This document shows positions 1 to 15,697 of a DNA stretch of 64,000 bases, one piece after another (position 1 is the stretch's first letter; each line of letters begins with the position of its first letter). A program made the position numbers and the translations under genes. The notes under the pieces were generated by a model, which worked only from the letters and a program-made list of their open reading frames with translations, did not search any database and was not told the DNA's origin. The stretch is from Balanoglossus misakiensis (lineage: Eukaryota; Animalia; Hemichordata), in contig CM082580.2 of NCBI GenBank assembly GCA_040954595.2, positions 7,852,390 through 7,916,389 of the forward strand, in the 5' to 3' direction.

Positions 1-135
1 ATTACAAGTACACTGCCACTGTAACTGGTTTATGCATTATATAAACTTGATTCATTTGAATATTATCTGATATGTAAAATTTCATAATTATCTAATTCTT
101 CGTTTGGCTTTATATTTTGTCCCATCATCATCTAG

Positions 136-2670
<2,535 letters not shown>

Positions 2671-4983
2671 AAAGGAAGAAGACAAAGTATCCTGGGAGTT
2701 TTAAATTTGAGGTCCATTTATCTGTCGTATAATGGCAGTTAATGCAGGTCAGAACGACCTTAGCCAAGGATCCATCGCCTGCAAGCAGAAGGCAGTTGTC
2801 ATCTATGTTCATTCACAGTAGGCTGAATCTTCAGTCCATTGAGGGTGCTTCACCTCCTCCACCTGAACACAACAAAGTGGTAGGGGAGTCACACAGCCCC
2901 CTGAGTGGTCTAAACTTTTCAATGCTATGTCCCGGCCATTAGAGGGAAAACTTGGAGATGCCATGATTAGTTAAGTGGTGCTCTGCAAGATAATTGGCCG
3001 TAAGTTGAACCTGTACCGTACTTCATTATGCCACCCACAAATCAAGCATTCTCAATTTCTGTGGTCTGGGTTTGGGAGGGGGGGGGGATAAAAAGTATTG
3101 TAGACCACAAGAAATCAATCAAATTAAGATTTTGTAGAATATTTAGTACAAAGATATCCAGATGTTATGAAGTTTTGAATTATATGAAGCCAATTCTGTC
3201 TAGAGACATATATTGTGCTTATAAATCATCACCTACCACCTTGAAGTCAGTTTACTTATTTTTTTTATAGAATTTTTGTCTTTGGTAAATGTCATGTGTA
3301 TTTAAAGTATTTTGCGTATGTTTTTGACATTTTACAATGTAAATATTGTATGATGAGCAGTTTACTTATTTCAAATGTCTGGATATTCAGGATTTTAATG
3401 CCATCCGATAAACCTTTCAGAATGACTTTTCTCTGAGCGTCACATAATGGAGGGAACGCTGTCCCAGACAGGTTCCAAGTCCAATGAATTCAAAAATGTG
3501 TAAGTTATTTTTTGAATCAGTATTGTTATTAACTCAAAAAACTTTTATTGTTTGGTGTATGTTTGTGTGGCTTGTGAAAGATTTCATTTAGTAAAATGTA
3601 ATGATGAAAAGTTAGGTCTTGTAGAACCTGTCGAATACTAGTACACAAGTTATCTGAACTTCACTTTTCAATGGCATATGGGAATGCTATACCCAATAGG
3701 GTTAAGGAATGTCATCATCTCTAATTTACACATGCCCACATGCCTGTATGGTCACAAGTCCATGTGGCACTTTTTTGGCATGGTCAACCACTGAAAATCT
3801 GTGATTGGCTAGATCGCGACTTTCCATTCTTACCAAGGCTAACTGTGGGTGATTGTATGAATGAGCTTTTTCACGGCACCGCAGCATAGCACAAAACAAC
3901 CAGGCATATCTTGTAAAATATAAAATTGAGCATTTATTGAGTTTCAGATCAACCAATTCAAAACTACTACATCTAATTTTCTTGTCTCAGTCCAGCAGGA
4001 TTTGAAATTCCTGATCGGCATATTGCACACTGTGACAACTTGAACTTTTTATGAATACAAATGCAATGAGAAGATGTAGTTTTAGTGATGGAAAATAGCA
4101 CATTATCGTACGTAACACATTTCTTCATAAAAATGGATAAAAGACTTCAAACGATCCCTGCTATCAAATTGAAGAATATGCATGGAATTTCTCCGGACAA
4201 CAAAGAACAACAACATGTTTTATACAAAAGTTACATATGACTTGCACAACAAGAATGAAGGGCTCACCTGTTTCCTTTGGAAGATGAAAATAACAGGGAA
4301 ACTGATACCAGAAAGGTGCTCAGTTTAAGTTATATGTCCAGAAAGATTATGGTCAAAGACAAGAATACAATGTTACCAGTATTTACAAAATGAGCTCCAA
4401 TTTTGATTGTACAAACAAACCCTGAGAATCAGACACACAAGCAGGATTTGAAATTCCATAAAAATACAGAACTAAGCTGTTTGCAAAAGCCAATGCCAAA
4501 ATGCTGTAAACTATCTTAATACATGTACTTTAACTGCTACAGCCTCTTTATCAACACTTTTACAAAATTGATACCTGTTTAATGAATTTAACCCAAAATT
4601 TTACATGTTCAGTGCCAAAACACAAGCGCTGAAGTATACATATTCCTACACACTTATATTAGTATCTCATTTGTCTGCTATGAATATTGAAATGAGGGAA
4701 ACGTTTAATATTTACAATAGTGCTGACATGATCATGTGAAACAATTATAAAATCACCAGGTAAATCTTGATAATTCTCACATTTTATACCAGGGTTTTGT
4801 TACAGGTGTAAATCAATGGCCATTTTTTGAAGTTAAAACCTAATGATTTATTTGTTCACAAGTGTTGTAACATGACGTAAGTTTGAAGTGAGAGACGAGA
4901 GACATGCTTACCCCTGAAAGAGAAAATAAGTCTATTTACAATAGGATATATACATGCAGTCAATTGTCTGATTACTGCAATAA

Positions 4984-7900
4984 CTATGAGGGATGTGACG
5001 ATGGACACTGCCACAGAAACTGGGGTGCTCCCGTGGAATTTTGGTTTATTATTCTGGGAACTGTTGGTCTGGAGAGCGTGTGGCTGTTTGCTATGTAGTT
5101 GTAAAATCCTTTGCCGCAGGGTATGTGTCGGTGGGTAGGATGCCACACTGAGGGTGAGGAAGCTGTCCCATGCATAGGACTGGCTGCCACAGGAGTTTGT
5201 GAATGTAACCAACCATTGTGTGCGTCTGTGTGTACAGTGCTGACAAGTTGACTGGGGTGTTCTTGAGCTGTCGTTCCAAGCTGCCCGTGGTTTAATCGCT
5301 CGGTTTGGAACTGGTCAAACTTCGCCGATGTCGCAAACACGTCCGTCATCTGCTGAATGACTGCGTTTTCCTGAGGATATGTCCCACTGACGTTCTGCCA
5401 CGGTTCAGGTAGCCTGAGCCCGTCGCTGACCTTCCTGTGTCTGTCAGCCTGTATGACTGACATGTCGATGTCAATATTGCTGTCCATGCTGGTGTCGGTG
5501 TCCGTCGACAGGCTCCTCCGCGCGCTAGTCCGGTGGCTCATTATTTTGCCGGCCGTGTACACCGGATAACCCTCGGCACTCTCACAGTTGGTGAATTCCA
5601 CGTCCATGCTCTGCATCATGTTGACGCCGCTGTCGATCTGAGCGTTGCTTTCCATCTGCGTCGAGGTTTCGCCGACCGCGGTAACGCTGCCCACGACCCG
5701 ACAATCTCTCTCAGGCACACAGTCAGAGTCCGCTACAGCGAAACAGTCCGTCTCTTGCTTGTTCTGATTGGAAACGAAATCCTCCTTCCTCTCGGCTGAT
5801 TTTTCCAGATGACCACCGCAGTGCAGTGGGGAAAGTGATTCTGTTCTGCCTGGATTTGTGTCTTTCTTATCATGGAATTCTCCTGACAAATTGTTGTGGG
5901 ATCTTCTGTTTTTATCTGCAGAAAGAAAGTTCGTGCAACCGCCAGTTAGTGTGCCTGTCTTGTTATACAAATTAGAGGTTGTGCTTATTAGAAACTGCTG
6001 GGAATAACATTGAAATACAGTCATTTTACCTCTTGAGTACAGCAGGGATGTCTTCTGTGGAGTTTCGTGATTATCGGCACTGCATTTCTGTGCCTCTCTG
6101 CCGACCGTCTTGATGGGCGATAAACCCGGTGATGCAAAGTTCAAAAGCCGTTCCAGTCTGTCAGTGGTGGACGGTGTTCCCTCTGTTGGGTATGAGGACG
6201 GAGTCATTGGAACAGCAAATCTGACACTGTCACCTGCAATACAAGTAGATGTGCTAACTGTTAGCTGTATCACTGTGTGGAAAGAAAATACAAGGACACA
6301 CACAAATACTGTGTGATATATTGTCGATAACAAATTCAATGTTAAAGACAGTACTTTTGTAATACATGTATTTACCTGAGCTTCCTGTGCTTGGTGTCTT
6401 CAAGATGGGTCTTGCAATTGGGGAAAGTGATGGTGTGTCCATGGCAACTGACAAAATGGACGACCTTGTTGGCTTCAGAGGTGTGAGCTTCTCTTGAATA
6501 GGACTGGAGGAGAACTGGTTCTGAAACAGATATATTTCAGGTGTTATAGCTTTGTCACTGGAGTGCTGGTCAAGCCCGACCACCGCCGACCAGAGTGTGA
6601 ATCAAAAATAGTTGACACACAGGACACTAAACATGATATCAACCAGTCAACAGCCACACATGGCAAAGTTCTCTAACCATCAACTTACCGATGACGGTGT
6701 TTTCACTGGTGAGTCGTCACTGGAGATGCTGCCGTGTTTGGGACGACTGGCTGGGGACAGGGGCGGAGACCTGACCTCGCGCCCGGTCACCTTGCGGCTC
6801 GTGGCGCCCTTGACGGGACTGGGCACCGACTGGCAGTCGCCCTGGAAGAAGAGCTTCCGTCTGAGTGTCGACATACAGGTCTCGTCCATCTCGCTCTCTT
6901 GATAGAATTCACCTCCTGCGGGTGAAAAAGGAGGGGGTGGGGATACAAAAGGGGTGAGTTCAGTGGAACAAACGTAGATTGGTGTCGTTAATGGTAGCAA
7001 AAAATGATAGGGTCTGTAGACAGAGAGTACGGAAACCCGATATTGATGATATAAAAATGGTACCCAGAAAGTGGGGATGTAACCAAGATGGAATTGTTTT
7101 CTCTCCAACGCAATTACCAATACCAGCAAATAAATTCCATCAGAATGTCCTGAGATGTTGATAGTTTTCTGGTACAAAACTTACCAAGAACTGCTTGAAG
7201 ATCAAAGTCAACCGGTAGTGAAAGAACTGTTTGGCACGACACTAAAAGGCAAAAAAAGGAATAGTCCATAAATGTCAAAACATTCAACAGGTGATCAAAA
7301 AGGCTTAGACTTATCATTTGGCGGGATGGTCCCATGGGAATTCATCCTCCATATTGCTATGAATTTTGCAATTCTGTAAATGTGCAAACCTACATACCAT
7401 CTGCCGTTCTTGCCTTGACCGACACTGGTGAACTTACAGGCGAGTACATGGAGGAGTTGCCATCATAGTCTACAGAACATGAAGAAGAATAACAGAGCAA
7501 GTGTCAATAATCATGATGCATGTGTTTGCAGTGAAAAAGACTATGGCTGTATATTATGTCAGATATCTTGTTCCTGTGGAGTTTGGTTATATGCAAGTGA
7601 AATTGTAATATCGTATGGACAGCAGTCTCAAGTAGGGAGCTGAGAGGCAATGCTTTACTTACATCTTGTGGACGGTGGGTTCGGTGAGAAGGTCACATGT
7701 TTTATTGCTGCAGGCTCAGACCAAGGTGAGGGCACCACATGTTTCTGGGAGAAAAACTGAAAGGAAGACCCAGTGTTTTGTTAGTCCTTTCTCATTACCG
7801 TGGTCGTCACATGCACTGGTTATATGCAGTTCCCTATTTACAATGGAGCTTATGACGCCCAAGGATGTGCCAGTGAACTGATCGCAATCATTCATAAATC

Positions 7901-8522
7901 AATAATCACAGTGCCACGCCAAATCAAACTGGCAAAAGATTTTTTTCGACATGCACACCTTATCGATTGCACTTTGAGCCTTTTCTTCAACCTCACCATC
8001 GGGATAAACACTGTCTTGGTGAGAGGTCTCATCAATGTCAGCAGGGTTCAGGATGGCTATGTTGTCAATGGACCATTCGAATGGGCTTCCGGTGTTCTGT
8101 GAAAACAAGGAAAAAGGAATAGTTCACACCAAGGGGGCCGACAAACTCCCATTTTATGGGTATGTAACAGTGGGGACACATATATTTTTCCAGAAATGTG
8201 TGAAAAAAAAGAGATGTTTTGGTTTTTCTTCTTTTTTCGCTGGCCGACCTACCTAATGTTACAGCACTTTGAAAAGTAAGAACAGAGAGACTTGCAAATC
8301 AACTTCAATCTATCACTTAAGTCGTTATCTTACCCTTTTCCTGGATGGTGATGTTGTTTTAGAGAAAACAGAAGGACTAAACTGAGGTAGATGTAAAGTG
8401 TCTGTTGCTATGGATTCAAATGGATTAACGATAAGTGCATTCTCTGGGGTTATTTTGTCATTCTCTGGTACCCCCAGGTTGATCGGTGATTTATCCTCTA
8501 TCATTCCATCAATCTCATCCAT
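4984..8522 (-). CDS. BORA: Protein aurora borealis (Aurora A activator)
   Basis: Exons 8522-8334, 8096-7959, 7756-7663, ~7469-7397, ~7241-7184, ~6916-6688, ~6589-6372, ~6272-4984. Bora hallmarks: NPFE..LHLPQFSPSVF, FEWSIDNIAILNPADIDE, AQSAIDKFF..VPSPW, CQTVLSLPVDFDLQAVLG, LRRKLF, and many SP/TP sites. Confidence 0.9.
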
Positions 8523-9938
8523 GCTTCACAATGAAATATGAGCTTGTCAGCTACTCATCTGATCTGTAAAAAATTCACAGAAAATTCCTCCTGTCAACAA
8601 ATGAAACTTTGTCAAACTTAGGCAAACTACATGTACATATACAGAGTTCTGAGAATTTTACCAATATCACAATCCTCGGACATGCAAGTGCTGGCAAGTC
8701 ACAAAGTGCTCAAAAAGTACTTGATCTGGAATATTTTAGAAGTTATTTGCATAACAACTGACAATAACAATCAAGGAAGCAGGACATTACAATAACAAAA
8801 CTGTGTTACAATTAATGTAAATAAAATAGGCCTAGACAAACTTGTGGCACAGACAAGCAAGATTTCATAAATACAATGCCCATGATTAGAATACCAGATT
8901 CTCAACGAAAACTTGGGTGTTCCTCTAGTAAAATGGAATAACTAAAAACAACATTTCTTATCCATGTACATTTCGTGTTTGAAAGACAACCTTGTTATTT
9001 ACATCAGAGTACACGTCGACAACGAATATTGCAGTTCGCAATTCGGTCTATAGTATTGCTGGACTCCACATTCGGTGTGCCTTAATGTCGCCGGGTTACA
9101 CAGCTATCGAACAAGATAGAATAAGATGGAAGTTTATCATGTTTAAAGGTTACCGTCCGGAAATGCCTCTATGTGGTGTCGTTGTGTGAGTGGAATTTAA
9201 AATCCACACCGACGCACTACAACTTTTTTTCAAAGGCATCGATCAATTATGGTTGTTTTATGGTACTGCTGGCTTCTTTACAACAAATCGGTCAGGTTGT
9301 CTACTCACGGGAGCTACCACTGAGCTCCGTGACCCAGCTTACTGGTACTGGTGGTTTAGAAAAGGATAGAAAAGTTAGACTTACGTTGTATACACAAAGT
9401 GCATTCCTATGGTATGTACTTCTGAGTGATTCTTTGAATCGTGCGTCTTCTGCTACTGTGAGGGCGCTTTGTCCAATCATAATCCAGAGATTCGCCCAAT
9501 GCACCATGGGAGAGCCGCCTAGGCTGTTCAAAAATATTGTGTCATCCCTATGTTACTATCAGGAGCTGGTCCCCTGCCAGCCGTGGGTGGGGACCAGACT
9601 ATTTTCCAGCTCGAGTTTTTTTATAGACCCTCCAGACTCTGTTTTTTTATGTGTTTTGTGAGTTTCATCATACGAATTCTGTCATTAGACTTTACTTGTT
9701 GCAAATAAGAAAAAATGATGACGCCTTTCTGACTTGGAGCGAAGCAAGGAATGACAACTTTCCTTGTTGGTATGTTACCTGTAGAACACCATTTTGGGAA
9801 CCACGCCCTCACCGCTACGTCTAAAGTTGTCTGAAGTTACATACTTGCGACAAAGGCCTTGAGTGCTCCTGGGTCCGGCGTATGATTTACATGTAATAAG
9901 TTCACTGTTGTGTCTTCTTGCTTATTCTTACACTCATC

Positions 9939-11863
9939 ATGTCCGAGGTTCATCTTGCTCGAGGTAAGATCTTGGGATTGGTATTTTAAACTGCCTGACA
10001 ATGCCATCTATTATATTAATGCCCTGTAGCTGCACACAACCAGACGGAAGGAAGAAACAAACATGAATAGTCAGGACGGTATGGACTAAACCGTAGACCC
10101 AGGAGAGTCAGGAGCAATGCATTAGGCCCTAACTTTTATTCGAATTAAGCCTTTTTGATACTCTTTAAAGTGGTTCAAGTGCCTATCATTTGGAACAAAG
10201 CTGGACAATCTACTTTCGAACTTGATGCACTACAATTATACATGTATCTATGCACAGGATAAACTACCTTTGGGCTGCGAAAAAGTGCTTTGTCATGGCA
10301 CAGGTATTATTCGTGAGAGCACAGGTGAGAGGTCAAGCGTTACATGTACCACGTGACGTTATTGACACGAAACGTAGCTGGACTTGCGTAATCTGCCCCA
10401 CAAACAAATCCGACATAACAGCAATTTAAAACCCAGTACACGTTGAAGCCAACTAAATCTTTCATATACAATAATGTAGTGTTACCACCTTGAATCGTGG
10501 TTATTGAAATCGTCCAAGGATGAATAATAAAAAAAAAACTTGAAAAATATTTTCCTAGTACATGTGCAGTTAACTTTAGAGTGTGGGTTAACTATGGACC
10601 AGTGCTACTGACGTTCTTCCCAAGAAATTTGCTTGTAGGTTTATCGAATAATTTTCGGCTGATCTTGGTCTTACAGGTTCGGCATTGCCGCCTCTGGAGG
10701 ATGGCGCCATCCGACTCTTCAGTATGAAGTTTTGTCCGTATGCGGAGAGGAGTCGCTTGGTTCTTGCCGCCAAGGGTATAAAGTTAGTGTCTGAGTAGAT
10801 TTGTTTGGAAGAATGACATTTTTGCTGAAAACTTTTTAGCTTCAAATCACTGAAATTGTTAAGTTAGTGCAGAGAATCGAACTTTTTGTAACTCCGGGTA
10901 ACAGTGTAAAATCGTAAGTACAGACACGACCATAACAAAAGGACACAGTCGACTGACAATATTTATCAGACGCCAGAATCGTGTTGTTTTACCGCATCCC
11001 TTAAAGTCCCTGGTTGTCGTTACAGGTTCAATACCGTCAACTGTAACTTGTCTGAGAAACCAGAATGGTTCCTGGAACGAAACCCCAACGGCGCCGTGCC
11101 CGTTTTCGAGCAGAACGGCAACGTCATCTACGAATCCTTGATCGTAAACGATTATTTGGACGAGGCTTTCCCGGAGAAGACTTTGAGTGCAAGCTCCCCT
11201 CTTCAAAGAGCCAGAGATCGAATTCTCATCAGCGACTACGACAGCAAAGTAGGGAAATTTCACATTTTGCTTTGGGTCTGAGGTCATTGGTTTGGATACA
11301 GCGCGACGGTCGGGTTTTCGGGAAAAAGTACCTCGTTTTCATGATAACATATTTTACTTGTACATTGCATTTTCAGACTCTCCCAGCATTCTACAGATAT
11401 ATGGGTTCAAAGGGGGCCGACGAAGAGGCCAAGAGGACATTTTGCAACGGGTTGAAACGACTTGAAGCAGATCTGGTGAAAAGGGGGACAGATTTCTTCG
11501 GAGGCAAGTGACGCAACGGTTGCCGCAATCTGATTTGATATTAAACTTTATGTACAGACTAAATATGTATGCATCATTTTACATCAAAGTGGCATAAAAG
11601 TTAATATATTTTTTTCTGCAGGGAGTAAAGTGGGAATGTTGGACTACAACATCTGGCCTTGGTTTGAGAGACTTGAATGTCTTGGAAAACTTACCAGCTC
11701 CGACATGATGCAGTTAGATATACCCGCTATGAAAGCCTGGATGTCGCGAATGCTGAAAGACGAGATCGTGAAAACACTCTTTCTTCCAACGGAAATATTT
11801 GTGAAGTTTTATTCTTTGTACATACTTGGCAAAGAGAAGACGGTTTACGATATAGATGACTAG
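9939..11863 (+). CDS. GSTO1: Glutathione S-transferase omega
   Basis: Exons 9939-9963, ~10677-10781, ~11026-11248, 11377-11503, 11622-11863 give [64 protein letters not shown] and [20 protein letters not shown]. These are omega-class motifs with the active-site CPYA. The paralog number (O1 vs O2) is not resolvable. Confidence 0.93.
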
Positions 11864-12551
11864 GCCCCACAACATCATTGAATAAGTTTGCCCGGGGTCG
11901 GGGCTAAAACGAGGCAAATACTATGGACATCCTCACAGACCGGTTCCTTGCCCTAAGTAGGCGTGTGCGCTAGAGTGTACCAAGTGCGTCCCCAGAAGGC
12001 AAGGAACCTGTCGTAGCCCAGTTTCCACACCTTGTCTTCTCATCTGAAGAGCACCACCAACGTTTCAGGCGAGTGAAGCTATTAGCTGCCGACCCGGACG
12101 TGGAATCCGGTTATATGCAACACCACGCCGGGAACAGTAAGGTGTAAAATTAATTGCAAGCTATAGCAAGCCCCAACAATATAAAATGTTTGCGCACAAT
12201 GAATGTACATACATGTACTACAAATGACTGCAAAGGGATTCTGGCAAACACCGCTATCTTATTGTTGTAAAACGGATGGGTGCCATACTTTAGTGGACAA
12301 AGTGGGAACAATTACTTAAAGTCCGATGATATTTGAACATGCTAGAACAGATCTTGTTTTCTGTGCTGGCGACAAGCCGCATGCGCAACTGAGGACTTTC
12401 GTCGTTTCCGACGATCATAAATTTCACACAAAGCTGTTTTTAAACAAAAGATAGACCATTGTGTATCTCTCGTGAATAGGCACCCTGATTAATTTGCATT
12501 AAAAATTGGTTCGTGAATCAATATCTGGGTGGCCCCTCTATTAATGTTCTG

Positions 12552-12789
12552 ACCACGTGACATTTCTGGCAGCCAATCACAACGCCGGCATCAACATGAC
12601 ACTGTGACGGCACAGAGATATCGTTCTTTTCAATACGAAATATTTGGCTATAAATAGGAGATGATCTCGGAGGAAATTTCACATAGTCTTCCAGTCATCG
12701 AAGAGTTACACCAATAAAGCGATCGAAGATCGAAACCGCCCTATTTGGGGAGAAACAGGTCAAGAATTCGTTAGTTACATCGGATCGAG
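12552..12789 (+). promoter_or_regulatory. Putative promoter and non-coding first exon of pore-forming protein paralog 1
   Basis: E-box ACCACGTGAC 12552-12561, CCAAT 12573-12577, TATAAATA 12649-12656, and a strong donor GAG|GTGAGT at 12789/12790. The matching acceptor TTGTACAG ends at 14865, 10 nt before the ATG. Confidence 0.6.
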
Positions 12790-14875
12790 GTGAGTGATCT
12801 GTCCTCAGAAAATCATGTCGGTATATATAGCCATTGCATAAAATAGGTCTAATTTGGTCATGTGCGCAAAGATGAGTTTATTTTCGCTAGATCGAATTTA
12901 AGAAATGTGGGCTACACTACTGACCAGCAGTCTCTCGCCTCATGCCTTCCCATTACACGACGGTTTTAAAGAGTATTTTCGCAATAAATATGCGATCATC
13001 TTCTGCATGACTTCTCTTAAAAGCCGGTGTCGATTTCAAATTCCGAAATAGACAAAGATGGCTGGGTCTATTAGTCATGTGCATCGGAAGAATAGTTGTT
13101 CCTAAACATTTTGCTTTTGTTTTAAATTCCCCAAAACATGTCGCCACTCGTTTTATTGTCATGGCAGTTGTTAGCAACATGCAACTAGATATATGAAAGA
13201 GGGTTCCATACGACTCCTATCTTGGCTATTACCATGCAGGCTTGCCTTGCCTCTAATTTTAGAACAACGAAATCTGTTTCATTTCTCGACTAGTCCGGGC
13301 TATTTTTATCCCAAACATTCCTCCCGCTTATGTGACGCCCAGATTAGCTTTTGGTGGCACTATTCGATCGTTTTACAGCGAGCAATTACTTAATGTACAC
13401 ACGGTTTATGTGCCGAGTGGGTTGTGATATCGACATTCTCATTAACATAACAATTCACCCTGTACATTTCAATAAATCAGACGCGTGCCGCCATTTACGA
13501 TATCAAAAATACAAAGAACGCCGAAACAATGTAACGATTTCAATAAAATTATTTGTACATGGTATGCCTCCTTCACCAAAATGATGAACGAAAACTTAAC
13601 ACCAGATTCATTCAGTGCCCACCAGTATTCCTTGTGAGATAATTTATTTTAATTTTCTAAAAATATAATTTATAGAATTCGCTTTATTGAAAATTGAAAA
13701 GATCAATACACTTAACACCGGAGTGTCATATTTTTTCATGAATATCAATGTTTAAACAGGAACGGACCATTGTATGTTACATAAAACATCATCATCATAA
13801 TTATTATTATTGTACAGCTGTTCACAAAAAATACTGAAGTCGGTATTTCTCTGTTCTCAAATGGCGATCATATATTCCTGCAATCTGATAAAAATCAGTT
13901 GATCCTATCTTTACATTTGCTGGGGGTCTTGTTGCTGTTCTGTTTTCGAATGTCCGCCTTTCATATCCGAGAACAGTACAACAAAGAACCAGCAAATTGT
14001 GAAGATCGTACCGATCTTTATCTGATTTTGATCAGATTGGTATTCCTGTAACTATATTTCATATTTTACAAGGACAGACGTATTCGGCTGCTCAGCCTTA
14101 AGACGAGGGAATATTGCTGCAGTATCGATTTTGTATTAATTTTAACCGTGAACAAAACAACCCATCAGCAACATTATAAATTGTCTGCTAAGAGGGTGTG
14201 GGTGCTTCACCAATTACAACCACTTAACGTATTGTTCGAGTTGATCGATTTGTAACTGGAGTAGAGACGGTTAATACTACATTAACAGCATTGGCAAATG
14301 ACCCGTCAAATGTATTCCAATCTCCTAATATAAAATTCGACTGAGATGAACAATTGCGGAGGTCACAGGGGGCTCGGAGGGGCAGGGACTACGTGGGTAG
14401 ACGAGTCGTCATTCACCATAGTGGTTTTAAAATACTCACCGGGTAAACAAATCTGGCACGCTGACACCAGCAAATTCCAATTTTAGCAAAACTCTGAACG
14501 AGTTGATTAAAGGTTTAATTTGGATTCAGCATCGTCAATGGAATGTAATACTCCAAGGGTCATTGCGTGTCTCTTCAATTATGATCGACGAGTAGAGAGA
14601 CCAATGATATAAAGCAGAAAGCGACAAACTCAGTCTTTAAAAACAATGTTGGGGGGGGGGGATGAACCGTTTGAATAGGCGAGAGCAAATTTATCAAATT
14701 CGTCGCTGTAATGACAACAAAGACAATCGATAGTTTTAATCCGAGTATATTTGCCTGATGAAGCAGTGAAATGAATCGTTTGTTAGTCAAGAACATCTTT
14801 GCTTTCGAAAACAGTTTTTATTACACAATACAATAACCCTCGTGCGTTTTATTCTCCTTGTACAGAAAAGCAATA

Positions 14876-15697
14876 ATGGCAGACAGCAAACCCGTGGTTA
14901 AGGTGATTCAGAATATCAACGATATCATCAAACTGTGGGCGTTGAAGGGAAAACGCAACCAAGAGAAATATACCGTGGAGATTATCAAAAACGAGCTCGA
15001 ATTCATCCAAGTTGGTGACATCGAATACAAGCCTGTCAAGAAAATGGTTCCCAGTCAGGCAAACCCAGAAGAGCTGATTGTCGTACCGGACGCGCGCGGC
15101 GGCGATTGCGAGGCACCGATTCCGCAGAGAATCACGCGCACGGTGCACACGACTTCGTTCTCCAACAACACGTCGGCCCTGGAACAGAAACACCACTTCA
15201 AGGTGGAGAGGACGTCCAAGACGAACTACAGCTGGTCCATGACCAGCGGGCACACGTTCAGCGCGAAGGCCGGCATCACCCTGGAGCCGCCCAAGATCGG
15301 TCTCAACATCAGCACCGAGTTCTCCGCGACGAAAGAGGAGTCGACGAACGAGGTGTACGCCACGGAGAAGACGAGGACCAGCACCATCGAGGCGGACGTG
15401 GTCACCCCCAAGGGCAAGCGGGTCAACGTGAACCTGAACGTCACCGAGGAAGACTACATCGCCAGGTACGAGGTGCAGTACCGCATCCAGGGCGAAGTTT
15501 ACGTCATCGTCAGGAAGGGAGACGAGATGGAGGACCGAATGGGCCAGGCCCAGGACGTCTTCAGGGGCTGGGACGGGTTCGACGTGACCGCCAAGACCCC
15601 GCAACAGACGGGATACGCATCGTTTGTAAACAGGGGAATTTTCATGTCGAAGAGGGAAACAAAGCAGGAGTTGGAAATGTACGATGAAGACTTGTAA
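14876..15697 (+). CDS. Aerolysin-family (ETX/MTX2-like) beta-pore-forming protein, paralog 1, 273 aa
   Basis: Single-exon ORF, ATG at 14876 just after a splice acceptor. It has the FSNNT..EQKHHFKVERTSKTNYSWSMTSG Ser/Thr-rich strand, an amphipathic hairpin GHTFSAKAGITLEPPKIGLNISTEFS, a second Thr/Ser-rich tract, and VVTPKGKRVNVNLNV..YIARY. This is the pattern of ETX/MTX2, LIN-24 and glabralysin-like proteins. No signal peptide. Confidence 0.8.
   Translation: MADSKPVVKVIQNINDIIKLWALKGKRNQEKYTVEIIKNELEFIQVGDIEYKPVKKMVPSQANPEELIVVPDARGGDCEAPIPQRITRTVHTTSFSNNTSALEQKHHFKVERTSKTNYSWSMTSGHTFSAKAGITLEPPKIGLNISTEFSATKEESTNEVYATEKTRTSTIEADVVTPKGKRVNVNLNVTEEDYIARYEVQYRIQGEVYVIVRKGDEMEDRMGQAQDVFRGWDGFDVTAKTPQQTGYASFVNRGIFMSKRETKQELEMYDEDL

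Noticed and set aside
10249-10330. Alternative coding exon in GSTO intron 1 (CAG|GATAAA...CAG|GTGAGA)
   Set aside because: Splicing from exon 1 gives GGA TAA (stop), and the ATG-initiated reading ends in the wrong phase for exon 2.
15090-15610. High GC content of the pore-forming CDSs as evidence of recent bacterial transfer or contamination
   Set aside because: Clearly native long exons (ZNF622 59280-59700, last ASNS exon, BORA last exon) show the same GC3-rich interior, and both genes have spliceosomal 5'UTR intron signals. Composition alone says nothing about transfer.
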